Under the pieces are notes generated by a model. It saw nothing but the letters and a program-made list of their open reading frames with translations, did no database searches and had not been told where the DNA came from. Positions 26,494-39,217 of a stretch of 64,000 nt of DNA are shown here, in pieces (positions within the stretch are counted from its first letter, which is position 1; each line of letters starts with the position of its first letter). Location of the stretch: positions 92,256,001-92,320,000 of the forward strand of contig OX597816.1 of NCBI GenBank assembly GCA_951406725.2. Direction: 5' to 3'. Both the position numbers and the translations under genes were made by a program. This DNA comes from Octopus vulgaris (taxonomy: Eukaryota).

Positions 26494-27767
26494 CGAGGGG
26501 CGTTCAATAAGTAATGCCCCTGACCAACTTGCAGTTGTTTGATCTAGCTGAAATTTTGCATGTGCACTTACTTATTTATACCTCTATAGATTAAGTGGCG
26601 AATTATAGCTCTGAACTAATTGTGGTTTCTGATTTACAGGTGTTTGAACTGAGTCAAGTGTGAAATGGAGCCTGTTGAGTGTCGAGCAGTGATCTGGTTT
26701 TTGTATTTGAAAGGACGCACACCACGGGAGACTTTTGATGAAATGAAAGTAACTTATGGTGATGATGCCCCATCATATGACCTTGTAAAATGCTGGCATT
26801 GTGAATTCAAACATAGTCGGAACTCTGTGGAAACAGCTTCCAGATCTGGTCGCCCCCTTCTGCCGTTGATGAGACGTCTGTCCGTCAAGTTGAGGCTGCC
26901 ATTTTGGAAGGTCAACGCATAACTATTCGCCAAATAGCCTATAAGGTCAAGATTAGTACCGGGTCTGTGGAAACTATCATTCATGACCATTTGCATATGA
27001 AAAAGGTGTCTGCCAGATGGATTTCCAGGTTGCTCACACCTTTCCAGAAGCAAGAACGCGTTGAGTGCTCGAGGATGAATTTGGAGATGTGCCAAGAAGA
27101 TGAGTCAAAATGTTTCAAAAGACTGATCACACAGGATAAAACCTGGGTCCATCACTATGATCCATAGACCAAAGCCCAGTCAATGCAGTGAAAGCACCGT
27201 GACTCATCTCCTCCAAAGAAGGCAAGGGTGCAGCCCTCCGCTGACAAGGTTATGCTCACAGTCTTCTGGGACCAGGACGGAGTAGTGATGACAGATTTCC
27301 TGGCAAAGGGTACCACAATTACAGGAGCCTATGATGCTTCACTTTTGAGGAAATTAAGAGAAGCTATCAAAATCAAGAGGCGAGGCAAGATCAGCAAAGG
27401 CATCCTCCTCCTGCAGGACAACGCTCCGGTCCACAACTCGCGAGTCGCCAGATCAGAAGCACAGGCGTGCAGCTATGAACTCCTCCCCTTGCACCCTCTG
27501 ATTTTCACCTCTTCCCAGCCATGAAGTTGATTTTGAAAGGAAAGCGTTTCCCAGATGATGTAGCCTTGATTTCTGAAGTCACGTCGTGGTTGGAGGACCA
27601 AGCTGGGGTCTTCTACAAAAACGGTCTCCAGAGCTGTATCAAACGATGGGAGAAATGCATAACTCTGGGTAGTTCCTATGTAGGAAAAGACTAATAAATG
27701 TGCCAAGTGTCGTTGCTCTACTGCTATGGGAAGTGGGTCAGGGGCATTACTTATTGAACGCCCCTCG
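26494..27767 (+). mobile_element. Mariner (DD34D-type) transposon, full length
   Basis: Identical 32-bp TIRs cgaggggcgttcaataagtaatgcccctgacc, flanked by TA on both sides. Confidence 0.95.
26665..27694 (+). pseudogene. Mariner transposase pseudogene
   Basis: MEPVECRAVIWFL; ARWISRLL; ITQDKTWVHHYDP*; LLQDNAPVH; SDFHLFP. Frameshift near 26860, stops, and YSPDLAP deleted. Confidence 0.9.
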
Positions 27768-29155
27768 TATATGGGTTGTGGCCTATGTTTGTAAATGAAA
27801 GTTTGGTAATGAGGGTTTACGGCTGAGACCGGTTGGTAGGGAGGGGAAAAGTGAGGCAATTGTAGTAAGAGGTCAATACCTACCGGTATATATGTATGAA
27901 TATATAGATAATCGCATCTACATACTTGCATATATATATATTAGTGAGTGTGTATCCTTACCCATCCGTGTGTGTTTTCGTATATATTTGTATACACATA
28001 CACTCACACACACACATACATACATATATACATACATACATACATACATACATACGCTCACTCGCGCGCGCACACACAGACATACATGTATACATATATA
28101 CATATGTATAAACGGACACACACATATATACTTACACTCACAGCTATCCCGCTGAGGTTTAGTTTACGTTTTATTCTTTAATCCTTCTTCTGCTCATAAA
28201 AATGTACCAGTCAATTAGTGTGGTTGAGTTAAGTAAATATAGCCCGCCACTAATATTGTTGGCTTGGTGTTATGTTAATTTATTGTATTTAATATATTTA
28301 GTTAATATTCTATCCATTAGTTTATCTCACGTGTAGCGCTTCACATATATAATGCTCAATCATACACACGCTCGCACACACACATACACGCACACACACA
28401 TACACGCACACACACACACAACTCAAATTCGTAATTTTCTGCCTGCATGTGAGTGTGTGCAAGTAAGCTTTTTAAAGGACATTGTAACTCAGATTATCAT
28501 TGATTCACAGTTGGCGATAATATAACGACACCACCGTTGATAATAGCAAGGCAACAATTTCACGCATGACTTTAAGGATCTGATGATATCCAAGTAAAGT
28601 CATCAATGTTGCTACGATTTCTAAGTCCTCTTCATTGACTTTTCCTGGAGATATCACGTTTATAAGTTAATAAAAAACTGCCCTATATATCAGCTTTCAT
28701 TTGGTATTTCAATTAGTCGGAATGTGAGGAAGAGTCTTTTTGAGCATTTAACACACCAAGCAATCAGATTAGCACGACAGCTGTTTTGGTTTTTATCTCA
28801 TGATCATTGTTATCGTCCATTGTTTATGCTTTAAGTACCTTATCGTGCCCATGTCTTTTCTATGTATTCCTTTATTTTTGCGTAGGAACATGTATTTATT
28901 GTTAAAGACTTCATGAAATCGCATTCCAGCCTTTTCAATATTTTTAAAGACACAATTATAACAATTACTTATTTTCTATTATTCTGAATACATTAAGTTG
29001 TGATATGTGTTCTCCGTTTGCATTATATGTCTTGTTGGGAAAAGGTGTATATTTCGTTGATTTTGCATTTTTTCTTTAATCGAGGAAAGGATGCTATGTA
29101 CACTAAGGTATTTATTGATTCACAGTCTTGTTAAGGAGAATTCGTTTGAGAGGAT

Positions 29156-30130
29156 TCAGCTGTCTATTTCCTGGCGGCCGAGGCATAACGGGAGGTAGGC
29201 CTGGGTGTGTCTATACCAACGAACACAATTTTCTGGAGTGATAGTGTCGATGTTACGCCTTGTGACCTGTTGTATACGTGCTCCACATTCTTCCACAGTC
29301 TTGCTTCTTCCATGGCCAGCTTCTTCTGCAGCTGATCGGTCACCAACACTTTGCTGCAACTCAGATCGAGCGAGGTCTCGCTTGACAGCTGGCTTAAAGG
29401 CAGAAACGGTGAGTAGGGACGCGGGAGTTTTAGACTGATCCGTGGGTCGGTGTCAGCTGGGATCTCGGCACGAACGCGTGGCCTCGCGTTGTCGTAGATC
29501 AACTAGACAGATTCATCCGCTGGAGTGTGTCGGCACATGTTCAAACTCTTTCCGCCAAGAACTCCTCAAAAGAATTTCGTGTAACTGTATCGTTCGAAAG
29601 GGAGTGGTGAGCCACACCGATTTCTCCCGACACTGCAAAATTGACGTTGCGGTTTTTCCCAAGCTGACGGTTGGCAACTTGGCGAACAAGAACGCCCGTT
29701 CGAAAGGGGCCCATTCAAAAGACCTCCTGGTCCAAATGTTGTACCCACATTCATCAATGAATACGCAATGGCCGGTGACTCCCTCTTCCAATGCGCATAT
29801 TCATAAAGCTTTTCCAGAGTTCTTGGGGGAATTTCCTGCATCTAGGATGTCTTCGGCCAGCTTCATAGTTATCAACATCCCATCTAGCGCTAATGAGATT
29901 GCAAACACGGAAACGAGTGGATTTCTGGGCAATGCTGCCTTAAGTCCCTCTACATGTTATGAAGGGTTACGAGTGGGTTGGCATGAATAATCAGCTGTGG
30001 CGCCTCCCATTTCGCTACTATGGATCGGGCAATACTCCTTGTTTTAATGTTAAGTGTAACTGCTTTGATGTCCCTCGAACCAGCCTTGCCCTATCTTCGT
30101 CCGATATACGCATGTATCTTACGCGTGGCT
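29156..30130 (-). mobile_element. IS630/Tc1-like DDE transposase pseudogene
   Basis: CVFIDECGYNIWTRR; IYDNAR; LPRPYSPFL; DTITPENCVRWYRHTQAYLPLCL. GC-rich relative to flanks; TIRs not identified. Confidence 0.75.
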
Positions 30131-30209
30131 CCATGATTACAAGTTGGTGCAACAGAAAGGGATATAAACTGCAACTGATACCGACCGGTTACAAATGTTG
30201 CAAAGAAAA

Positions 30210-31760
30210 ATATTTTGATTTTTTTATTGCCCACAAGGGACCAACACAGAGGGGACAACACAGCCTGATTTTTGGGGTCAGGCGGAATTAATGATAAAAC
30301 ACTGAGATGCTTTTAAAAATTTATAAAATTATAAAATCGAATGATGGACGAACAAAAAGACAAAACAAATGAGGTGGTGAAAAGGGTTTTTGCTCCGATC
30401 CCACGAGTTCCGTTCCACCACCGATACTCGTAATAAGTCCCATGGCATATTCACGTGCCACACGCATCCATCTGTCCTTGTACATTTTCTCCGACAGTCA
30501 TCTCCTCTCTAGCCCCACTTTCATTTCCAGGTGAAAAGCGAAATATCTCACCAACTCGAGACCAGAGATGAAATTACTTGTCACTAATCCTTTCATTCGC
30601 GGACAATAGGTGTTTTGTATAAGCCTACATTTCTGACACCTCCGGACACTGGACAATAGCGTGCAGGACGGTGTCCCTCTCCTGTCGCATCTTGGACAGA
30701 CGATGGGCCTGGATAACCGTATCTAGTAAGCTTATCCCGAACAGGTAAGGCTCCTCGGTAACAATGCCAAGCCAGAGTCTTTTTGAAATTATCCAGTGTC
30801 TTCGGCCCGAATGTCCGTTGGAAAAGACTGTGCAGTTGATTATCATCGAGACCCAAGGTCTCCTCTAGGGTATCGTCATATCTAGACTCTACCAACTTAC
30901 TATAAAAAATGCGGTTGTACCAAAACCGCTGGCATTGCCCGGGCGACGGAAAAGCAGGAAAGCTTTACGACACTCCGCGTACCAAGTACCCAACGTTGAT
31001 CTTCGATGAAATCAGTTTTCCCGTCAACCAAAACTAGTGAACCTGGGAAACATCCATTTCGCCAACGGAGACCACACCCATTCAACCTCAGCGCATGTTT
31101 GCGCATCAACAGCTAAGGCATCCCTAGTTCACTCTTTAACGGTTTTTGACAGCAGATAGTACGGCTCACAAGTGGAGTCGAGCCCTTCAACAAGAAGCGG
31201 AAGATATGTCTTTCCAACTTGCTCAACTACGAATCCGGAAAAGGAACGACGGTTAGGCGGTAGATGATGACCGATGCGATAAACACATTGGCCACCTCCG
31301 CCCTCCCTTTCAAGGATAGCAACCGCCAGGACCAGGTCTTGACTAAGTGGATCACCTTACTCGATACCTCAGACCTCTAAGGTATAGCGTAGAAGGTGGA
31401 GATTGTCCTGAATACTTCTGCTGGGAACGGCATATGTCTGTGCCTCCCCGATCAGACCATCCGTGACACGCGCCAACCTTTTTGCTAATACCTAGGCCAA
31501 AATCTTCAAGTCTGTGTTTAGTAGAGTGATGAGCCTAAAATTATCTACGCTACCCCTCTTGTCCGGGTCCTTCCTAATCAGCGTCACCACTGCTCGGCGT
31601 ACAGATCTGGGAATCATCACATTCTGCTGCCAGTTTGTGTAAACACTAACCAGTAGGTGCCCGCATAAGTCTGGCATACTCTTATAAAATTCGTAGGGCA
31701 GTCAGTCCGCTATAGCCTCTATCACTTCCTCAGGTGTAATTGACCTACACCGCAGTCCGC
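30210..31760 (-). mobile_element. L1/Tx1-clade LINE, fragmented ORF2 and 3' UTR
   Basis: VVTLIRKDPDKRGSVDNFRLITLLNTDLKILA; QTYAVPSRSIQDNL; LAWHCYRGALPVRDKL; DTVLHAIVQC; AATAAA/A-rich end near 30220. Confidence 0.85.
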
Positions 31761-31775
31761 TGTAACACTCTATCA

Positions 31776-31826
<51 letters not shown>

Positions 31827-33484
31827 CATATATAAAAACTATAATGGTTTGTAAGATGTTAGTTAACGGAGGTGATAGTACAGGTTGTATGTAGTAAAGA
31901 GTTGAATGGAAGCGATTTGTTTTTGTGGAAAAAATTTTAAGGAAAATTACTGTTTGATTTTACGTGAAGCGTCTCAGTGTTAGAAGTTGTCTTTCGAATA
32001 ATGATGTCGTCGTTGCCACCACCACTGCCATGACTGCTAGGAACAAACAGCGTCCTTGTTTCTCTCAAAAAAGAAAGACACATCATAGCTACCGTCGTCA
32101 ATATTGTTCATTCTTATCATCTCTTTTACTTTCCTTTTCAACTGCTTTCCCTTTTTCCGTTCCTTTTTCTCTCGCTATCTCTCTTATATAAATTCAAAAC
32201 GCCTCTCTCTCCCTTTCCTCTCTCTTTAAACACATTCTCCTCTCTCTTTACTCATTCCTCCCATCCTCCCCTTCTTTAAACTTTCCCCTTTCACCATATA
32301 TCAACACACACGCACAGTGTCAACCGCCTCCGTCGCCACCGCTACCATAAATACCAATTATTTCAATTTTTACCCAGCTCTACTTTCCCGTGCGTGAGAC
32401 AGAAGGTAGTTAGGAACGTACAATTGGATTAAGATATAGTGATTAGTAAATACTTTGAAACACAGAAAACAACAAATCACATCGATATCGTTCTCGCTCA
32501 GATTAAAATCCCCTACATTTCACATTCATGTAGTTTACATCTATCTCGATTGCAAGACCATTTCTTATCTGGAATGATTTAGTTTTCTTAAGACTTCATC
32601 GTCAAACTATTTCCATTTACCAGTGGAACAAAGAATATCATTATTATGATCATTTCAACAATACTTATCTATAGACAACACTAAAATGGAGACGTTAAAT
32701 TGAATATGAGCAGAAAGATTATTTATTTCTATTTAAGGCTGATTGAAATAGATAGTAGTTGTCAGGATCATATATGAAAATCTTAGAAAGAGCGAATACA
32801 ACAGTTATGTACAGATAAATTTTCTTGCAATCATGTCAGCTGAATACGGTGTTTTGCTTAGTCCATCAGTTAAACATAACTGAAATTGCACATTAATATT
32901 GTTCAACTAGCCACATGAGTCATAGATATGTACATTGGAAGTCTTTACAAAGTGACAAAATGAAATTGAAAGGGTCCAACAGGGAAATCAAAATTGTATC
33001 ATGTATTCAAATCATCAAGAGCTTATCACTTAATTCGCTAAGATATACAAGTGGACTGCTTAGCAAATAACACAAATAATATATATCGCTTTGAATAAAA
33101 ATATCCTGCAGCTCGACAATGTATTCATTATGAAAATTGCAGCATTAATAATGCTATACCGATATCTGATATCTAAATCTACGAATCGAGGTTTCTAGCC
33201 CAAAGATAATATAAATAACATATTCATTGTTATATTTAAATTGTAATATATCTATATAACACAAGATTTCCTGTATTACTTGTAGTGAAATCAAATCAAT
33301 CAGTTGCGACTGATGGAATTATCCCTTCGAATCTAAGTTATTTCCTCGATGTACATTTGGAAATGTCATTATCACTAATAGATTCCCCCGTTCTAATACC
33401 TAATGCACAATAATTTAAATTAGACAAATTACAAAGTAATAATTCTCATAGAAACAATTTTTGTAGTTGAGAGTATATATGTAT

Positions 33485-33593
<109 letters not shown>

Positions 33594-33603
33594 CTGTGCT
33601 TAG

Positions 33604-33900
33604 TGAAGGCTCATGGCACAGTAGTCAAAACGTCGGGCTCGCAATCATGTAGTGGTGAGTTCGATTCTCGGACCGGGAAGACACTTCATTTTACGTTACT
33701 CCAGTTCACTCAGCTGTAGAAATGAGGTGCGACGTCAATGGTACCAAACTGTACTGGACTTTGCGTTACTCTTGGACAACATCAGTGATGAGGTGGGGGG
33801 GATTCAATGGATGGGCGACTTCTGGTCCTCCACAAGCAACTTTTCCCCGACCTGAGCTTCGGAGGGGACCATTCTCGGTACAATCCCGTGGTCATTGTTT
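33604..33900 (+). mobile_element. SINE family B
   Basis: gagttcgattctc B box; ccagttcactcagctgtagaaatgag core; homologous to 10415 and 55086. Confidence 0.8.
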
Positions 33901-34469
33901 AATGTTCATTTTATTTCATAAAAATTCTTTGACGTAAATGTTTTTGCTTTTATTATGTGATTGATAGCTATCATGCAGAAAATGCCAGTTTCCAAATCCT
34001 ATTTTCTGATTGAGTAAAAATGATGAAATTTTGAACCTCTGAAACATTCTTCTAAATTTCTTTCTAGATCAAGTGAATAACACAGCTTCAGTGTGGAAAA
34101 TTATATCAATATACCATATTTGAAAATTTTTACTTACAGAAACCATCCGAGAAAACAAGTGACTAATACCAGGGAAGTTTTGTATATTCACACACACACA
34201 CACACGCACACACACACACATACACACACACACGCACACACACACACACACACACTCACACACACACATACACATATGCGTGTGTGTGTTTGGCTTCATA
34301 CCAGTAACATATGTAAACTGTGGGAAAATTTTTCTGACAGTGTCTCTACCGTAGCCGTGTAATGGGTATCCGAAGGCTAATATATATAAGTAATGATGTA
34401 GTCCACGATGGCAGCCAGTCTACCAGTATACATTCTCTAGTAGCTTCCCCACAATTTTTTACGCAGTGT

Positions 34470-34660
34470 CTATGTGTTCAGGATGGAAGATGATCAGATC
34501 CCTAATAGTTTCTGTAAGCTGAGTTGGGTCAAGCTAAAACACCAACGCACAAACCTGGATTAGGTGTAGGGGGTGCATCAACAATGTACTGGAGAAGGTC
34601 AAAAGCTTAGAAAATGGATGACAAACACTCACTTTAGATAGGACATCATGGAGAAATGTT
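34470..34660 (+). mobile_element. Highly degenerate RTE-like LINE C-terminal fragment
   Basis: RMEDDQIP..AELGQAKTPTHKP resembles RMxDxRIPKxxLYGEL..GxR. Confidence 0.35.
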
Positions 34661-34898
34661 GTACATAATGACGAAAGGTTTTTACACAATTTTGTAATAA
34701 TCCTGAATAACTCAAGAGAGATGTGCCTAAGGGTCTCGATATGAATTTGTCTTAGTATGTTGGCCTACAGTCTGATTTAACATTGTGTCTGTTTAAGTAG
34801 AGTGTGCCTTGGAAACAATCAGACAAACCACACACAAAGTTGTTGCTATCTATGCATCTTTACTTTCAGGGATTGTGAAAAAAAATGTGCTGAATGAA

Positions 34899-36401
34899 GC
34901 GTCTGATGAGGGTTTCATGAAAGTACCGAATAGTAATGTTTATATGCCAACAAAATGCGGTAGTCCTATAAAAGACGATGCTACTGTTGTTTTAGCCCCA
35001 GGAAAACATCTTTTCGAGCTGGCTATCGACACGCACTTTGTGTCCATATAGCAATTTGGAAGAGAGTTCATCGCGCCCATCTCTAGCCTTACGTAATACT
35101 CACAGACCTAAGGTTTCTGTGTGGTTACCCGTCTTCAGTGTGAGATAATCACATGCTAGTGACGAAAGCTCTCTTTACTTGCAAATGCTATATATTCTAT
35201 AAGGGACGCACAGTCGTTGATCTCGTATAGAGAAAAACAATTTGTTTTAAATCTCTGAGTGAGATTTATACAGTAACAGTACCGAATATACCGAATAGTA
35301 CCGCAACAGCATTTACGAATGGAGAGAACTTTCGTCACTAGCTTGTGATTATCTCACACTGAAGACGGGTAACCACCTAGAAACCTAAGGTCTGTGAGTA
35401 TCATGTAAGGCTAGGAATAGGAGCGATGATCTCCTTTCCAAATTGCTATACAGACACAAAGTGTGTGTCGATAGCTAGCTGGAAAAGATGTTTTCCTGGG
35501 GCTAAAACAACAGTGAAAGTAGCGCTATATCATCTGCAAATTCGAGATCTTCTAGAGCTTCCGCATCCATCCATTCAATGCCTGCTTGGCTTTCAATCAT
35601 AGTTTCCTTCATAATCCAATCTATAAGTAGTAGAAATAAAAAGGAGAAAGTACACATCCTTGTCGAACTCCTGTTTTTACTTCGAATTTATCCGAACGTA
35701 TTAAACTAGAAACCGGTGAACTAGAGGATGTAGCCGAATTTACGTATTTAGGTAGTAAGATAACGTTTTCAGGCGGCACCGACGATGATATTAAGACGAG
35801 AATAAGTAAGGCAAGGACCGCTTTTCACCTGTTAAAGAAAGTATGGAGCGCAAGTATAATTTCAATAAAGAACACAATAAGAATTTTTAACACTAACATA
35901 AAAGCGGTGTTATTGTATGGGGCTGAGACATGGCGAACAACAGTTAAGTCAAATAAGCAAATACAGTCATTCATCAACAGACGCTTGCGTAGTATACTTA
36001 AAATTAGATGGCCCGAACACATGAGCAATATGGAGCTATGGCAAAGAACAAATGAAGTTTCGATTAGGGAGCAAATATTTAAGAAAAAGTGGATTGGTAG
36101 CATAATTAGAAAAGACACACCAAATGTAGCGAAAAGAGCTTTACAGTGGAAACCGGATGGATATAGAAGGAGAGGTAGGCCTAAGAACTCGTGGCGGAGA
36201 TCAACACAAAAGGAACTAGAGAAAGGGGGAAATTCATGGTAGAGTAGAAGTACAGAAGCCAAAAATTATGCGACATGGAATTCAACTATAAGTGGCCTAT
36301 ACTCCGCGTTGGAGGGTTAAAGGCATAACGAAAGAAGAAAACAACAGTAACATCGTCCTTTATAGGACTGCCACATTCTATTGGCATATAAACATTACTA
36401 T
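34899..36401. mobile_element. Fold-back (inverted pLTR-like) element with a decayed hammerhead; right arm interrupted by an RTE
   Basis: CTGATGA at 34903 with stem ggt..ttc/gaa..acc; left arm 34930-35190; right arm 35309-35514 continuing at 36338-36401. Confidence 0.8.
35515..36337 (+). mobile_element. RTE-clade LINE insertion with inverted 5' segment and 11-bp TSD
   Basis: Minus 35515-35697: GVRQGCVLSPFLF..LEFADDIALL. Plus from about 35700: FTYLGS..LLYGAETW..GYRRRGRPKNSW. TSD aaaacaacagt at 35504-35514 and 36338-36348. Confidence 0.92.
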
Positions 36402-37254
36402 AAAATAACAATTGATTATAAGTTTCCTTTTGCTGCCTTCACTGGACTTAGACTCTTTAATTTTATGTCTTTGCTTTCCCACTTTTAATGTCACGTTCCT
36501 GAATGGCAAGTCAATAAAGTACTTAACAACAGCCAAAAGGCTCAGTTTCTAATGTTACTGCTGTCAATACGACACAGTTTAATGTAATTTGTAAATAGTA
36601 GTGCATAACCGTAGTTAAGAGCTATACATATCCCTTGCTCTCTAACTCAAAGCAGAATGCTTCTTAATTTGAGAAAGGTTTATATATAACGAGATGCTTT
36701 AAATTGAATATAAATTGAATATATTCTACTTATATTGCATGCTTCTATGGCTTCATCCTTTTAAATGAATTTAGCAGTCAAATGATATTATTCATGTAAC
36801 TAAGAGAAACACCATATGCCCTCCCCGTGCACACACACACACACACGCACACATACGTGCACTCACACACACATATTTATATATTAGATAGCATTGTCCG
36901 AAACATCTTTTACTATAAGGAAAACTACAAACTAGTCAAACGGGGAAATATGAAAGGAAGACGAACAAATGTGCGAACTATGTGCTCTCAGTTTCTTCCA
37001 AGTCATGAATGCTAATCAGAATATAGCCAGTAATATATACAAGTGAGTCAAAGTTTTAAGTTTGGTACAAAATAAAAAGACAAGGGTACTGTAGTGAAAG
37101 AGAACTGTAGAGTCTGTGCTGTAGTTTTTTTAGTAATAGATGTTGAAAATAAACAATAAAAGCAATACTTGTATCAGTGGAATATTTAAGTGCACAAATA
37201 TTTCAGGTTTAAAATTCTCGTTACATTTTAAACCTTGCTTTTTGATTATAATAT

Positions 37255-37565
37255 TAATTTCAAATTTTGACACAAGGTCAGCAATTTCGGGGAAGGGGAG
37301 TAAGTCGATTACATAGAAGCCAGTGCTTAACTGGTACTTATTTTATCGACACCGAGGAGATAAAAAGCAAAGTCGACTTCGGCAGAATTTGAACTCAGAA
37401 CGTAATGATGGACGAAATGCCGTTAAGCATTTTGCTCAGACATTTTGATTATAATATATAGTATCGGGGTCGCTAAAATAAATATCATTTGAGCACTTGG
37501 GTCGGTGTAATCGACTAACTTCATCTCCCAATATTTCTGGCTTTGTGCCAAAATTTGAAACCAAT
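37255..37565. mobile_element. SINE family C copy (minus) followed by a partial plus-strand copy
   Basis: gtcgacttcggcagaatttgaactcagaacg; 3' block ttgtgccaaaatttgaaacc in the opposite orientation. Confidence 0.75.
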
Positions 37566-39002
37566 ATATAAAGTATTTGGTGTTATAATTTTGTGTGATC
37601 AGAACACATCTTTTTCCATCATTGAAAACAAAAATGTATTAATTTACTTTGCATAATTAGGTTTTGCTATCTTAGAATATAGTTGCTGCGAATAAAAGAT
37701 TTTCATTTAATTAGAGTTCGGGCTAGGTAAGGAACCTATGATTTTTGTTTGCATTTATTCAGAGATCTGCCATTAAGATGGCAAAGAAAAAGTTTTCTGT
37801 ATTCTGAATTTAGTAATTATTTTCAAATTTACCTGAATTATAAAACCAGGCAATATATATTGCCCCACCCAAACGGTGGTGGCAAATTGAAGACAATAAC
37901 ATATTTTTGTTGATATACAAATATTTTGTTCCTGAAAAGACTAAAATCGATTCTACCAAAATTGATAATTTTCTGGTACTTATTGTATATATAGCAGCGA
38001 CTCTCTAAAATTCGCTAGTAATTAACTGGCTTACATATTAAATTCTGTTTCTTTATTAAACTTCACCAGAGAATAGTTGGTATTCTTGCCAAGGGATGAT
38101 TTGTCTGTCATTCGGTGAATGTCACCTTAACAAGTAATCAGTACTGATCTAATGGACACCGGATAATCATGAAGCGAGTATTCTGAATGAGATGATACTA
38201 CAATACGGTTAGGTTGCCGATCCTCTCTAAAGCTGGTATTCCTATGTCACTTTACTTTTATATAATACATCATCAGAGAAAAATTTGTCTCTCATTCGTT
38301 ATGTATCATGTCATTATCTACACCTAAAATAGTGGTCTAAACGCAGAGTGAAAAAGAAACCAGTACTGTTTAATATCAAAGAGTATTGAGTTAACAGAAT
38401 CGTTAGGAGCTCCGGTTTAAATTCTAGTGTTACAATATTCCTTTGTTCCCCCAAGTTCACATGTCTTGAGAACCAATGGAACAAGCCACTGGAAATAAAC
38501 TCTGTTTTGGCTTATTTTTGTTTAATGGGATTTGCTTGAGAGAGAGAGAGAGAGAGAAAGAGAGATAGAGAGAGAAGGGGAGGGAGGGAGAAAGAGGGTG
38601 GAGAGAGAGAAGATGGGAATAAAGAGTGTGTGAGTGAAAGTAGGTCGCGTGTGTATGTCATTTTTGCAGTAATATAACGTGTTATAAATGTATTTGACCC
38701 TGCGTGTCAGATCACTTGAAATAGGAGTGTCACGGTTTGTGTAAGATTTGGGCTCAACTGAATCATAGCTTGAAGAAAGTTGACATATATCGACTGTCCA
38801 TGGTACTTTATTATCTCGGAAGGATGAATGGCAATGTTAATTTTGTTCGACACTTTAACGATTTTATCACTCTACTGTCCCATGAAAATAAAAATTTCTA
38901 TTTTAATTGTGAGTGGCAAGTATCATAAAACTGCTGCTGATCGAACTCGCGATGTGATTTCGATCCAAGTTTGAAACTTTTTATTTACTTATGTCACTAA
39001 TA

Positions 39003-39217
39003 TTGGTTTGAAATTTGGGCATAAAGTCAACAATTTTGGTGAAGTGGGTAAGTTAATTACATCGACTCCAGTACTGAACTGGTACTTGTTTTATCGACCC
39101 CGAAAGGATGAAAGGTAAAGTCGACCTCAGTGGAATTTGAATTCAGAACGTAAAGGCAGACAAAATGCCATTAATCATTTTGCCCGTCGTTCTATCGATT
39201 CTGCCAGCTCGCCGCTA
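39003..39217 (-). mobile_element. SINE family C, near full length
   Basis: Reverse complement of 49205-49420 (gattctgccagctcgcc; atcgaccccgaaaggatgaaagg). Confidence 0.88.
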
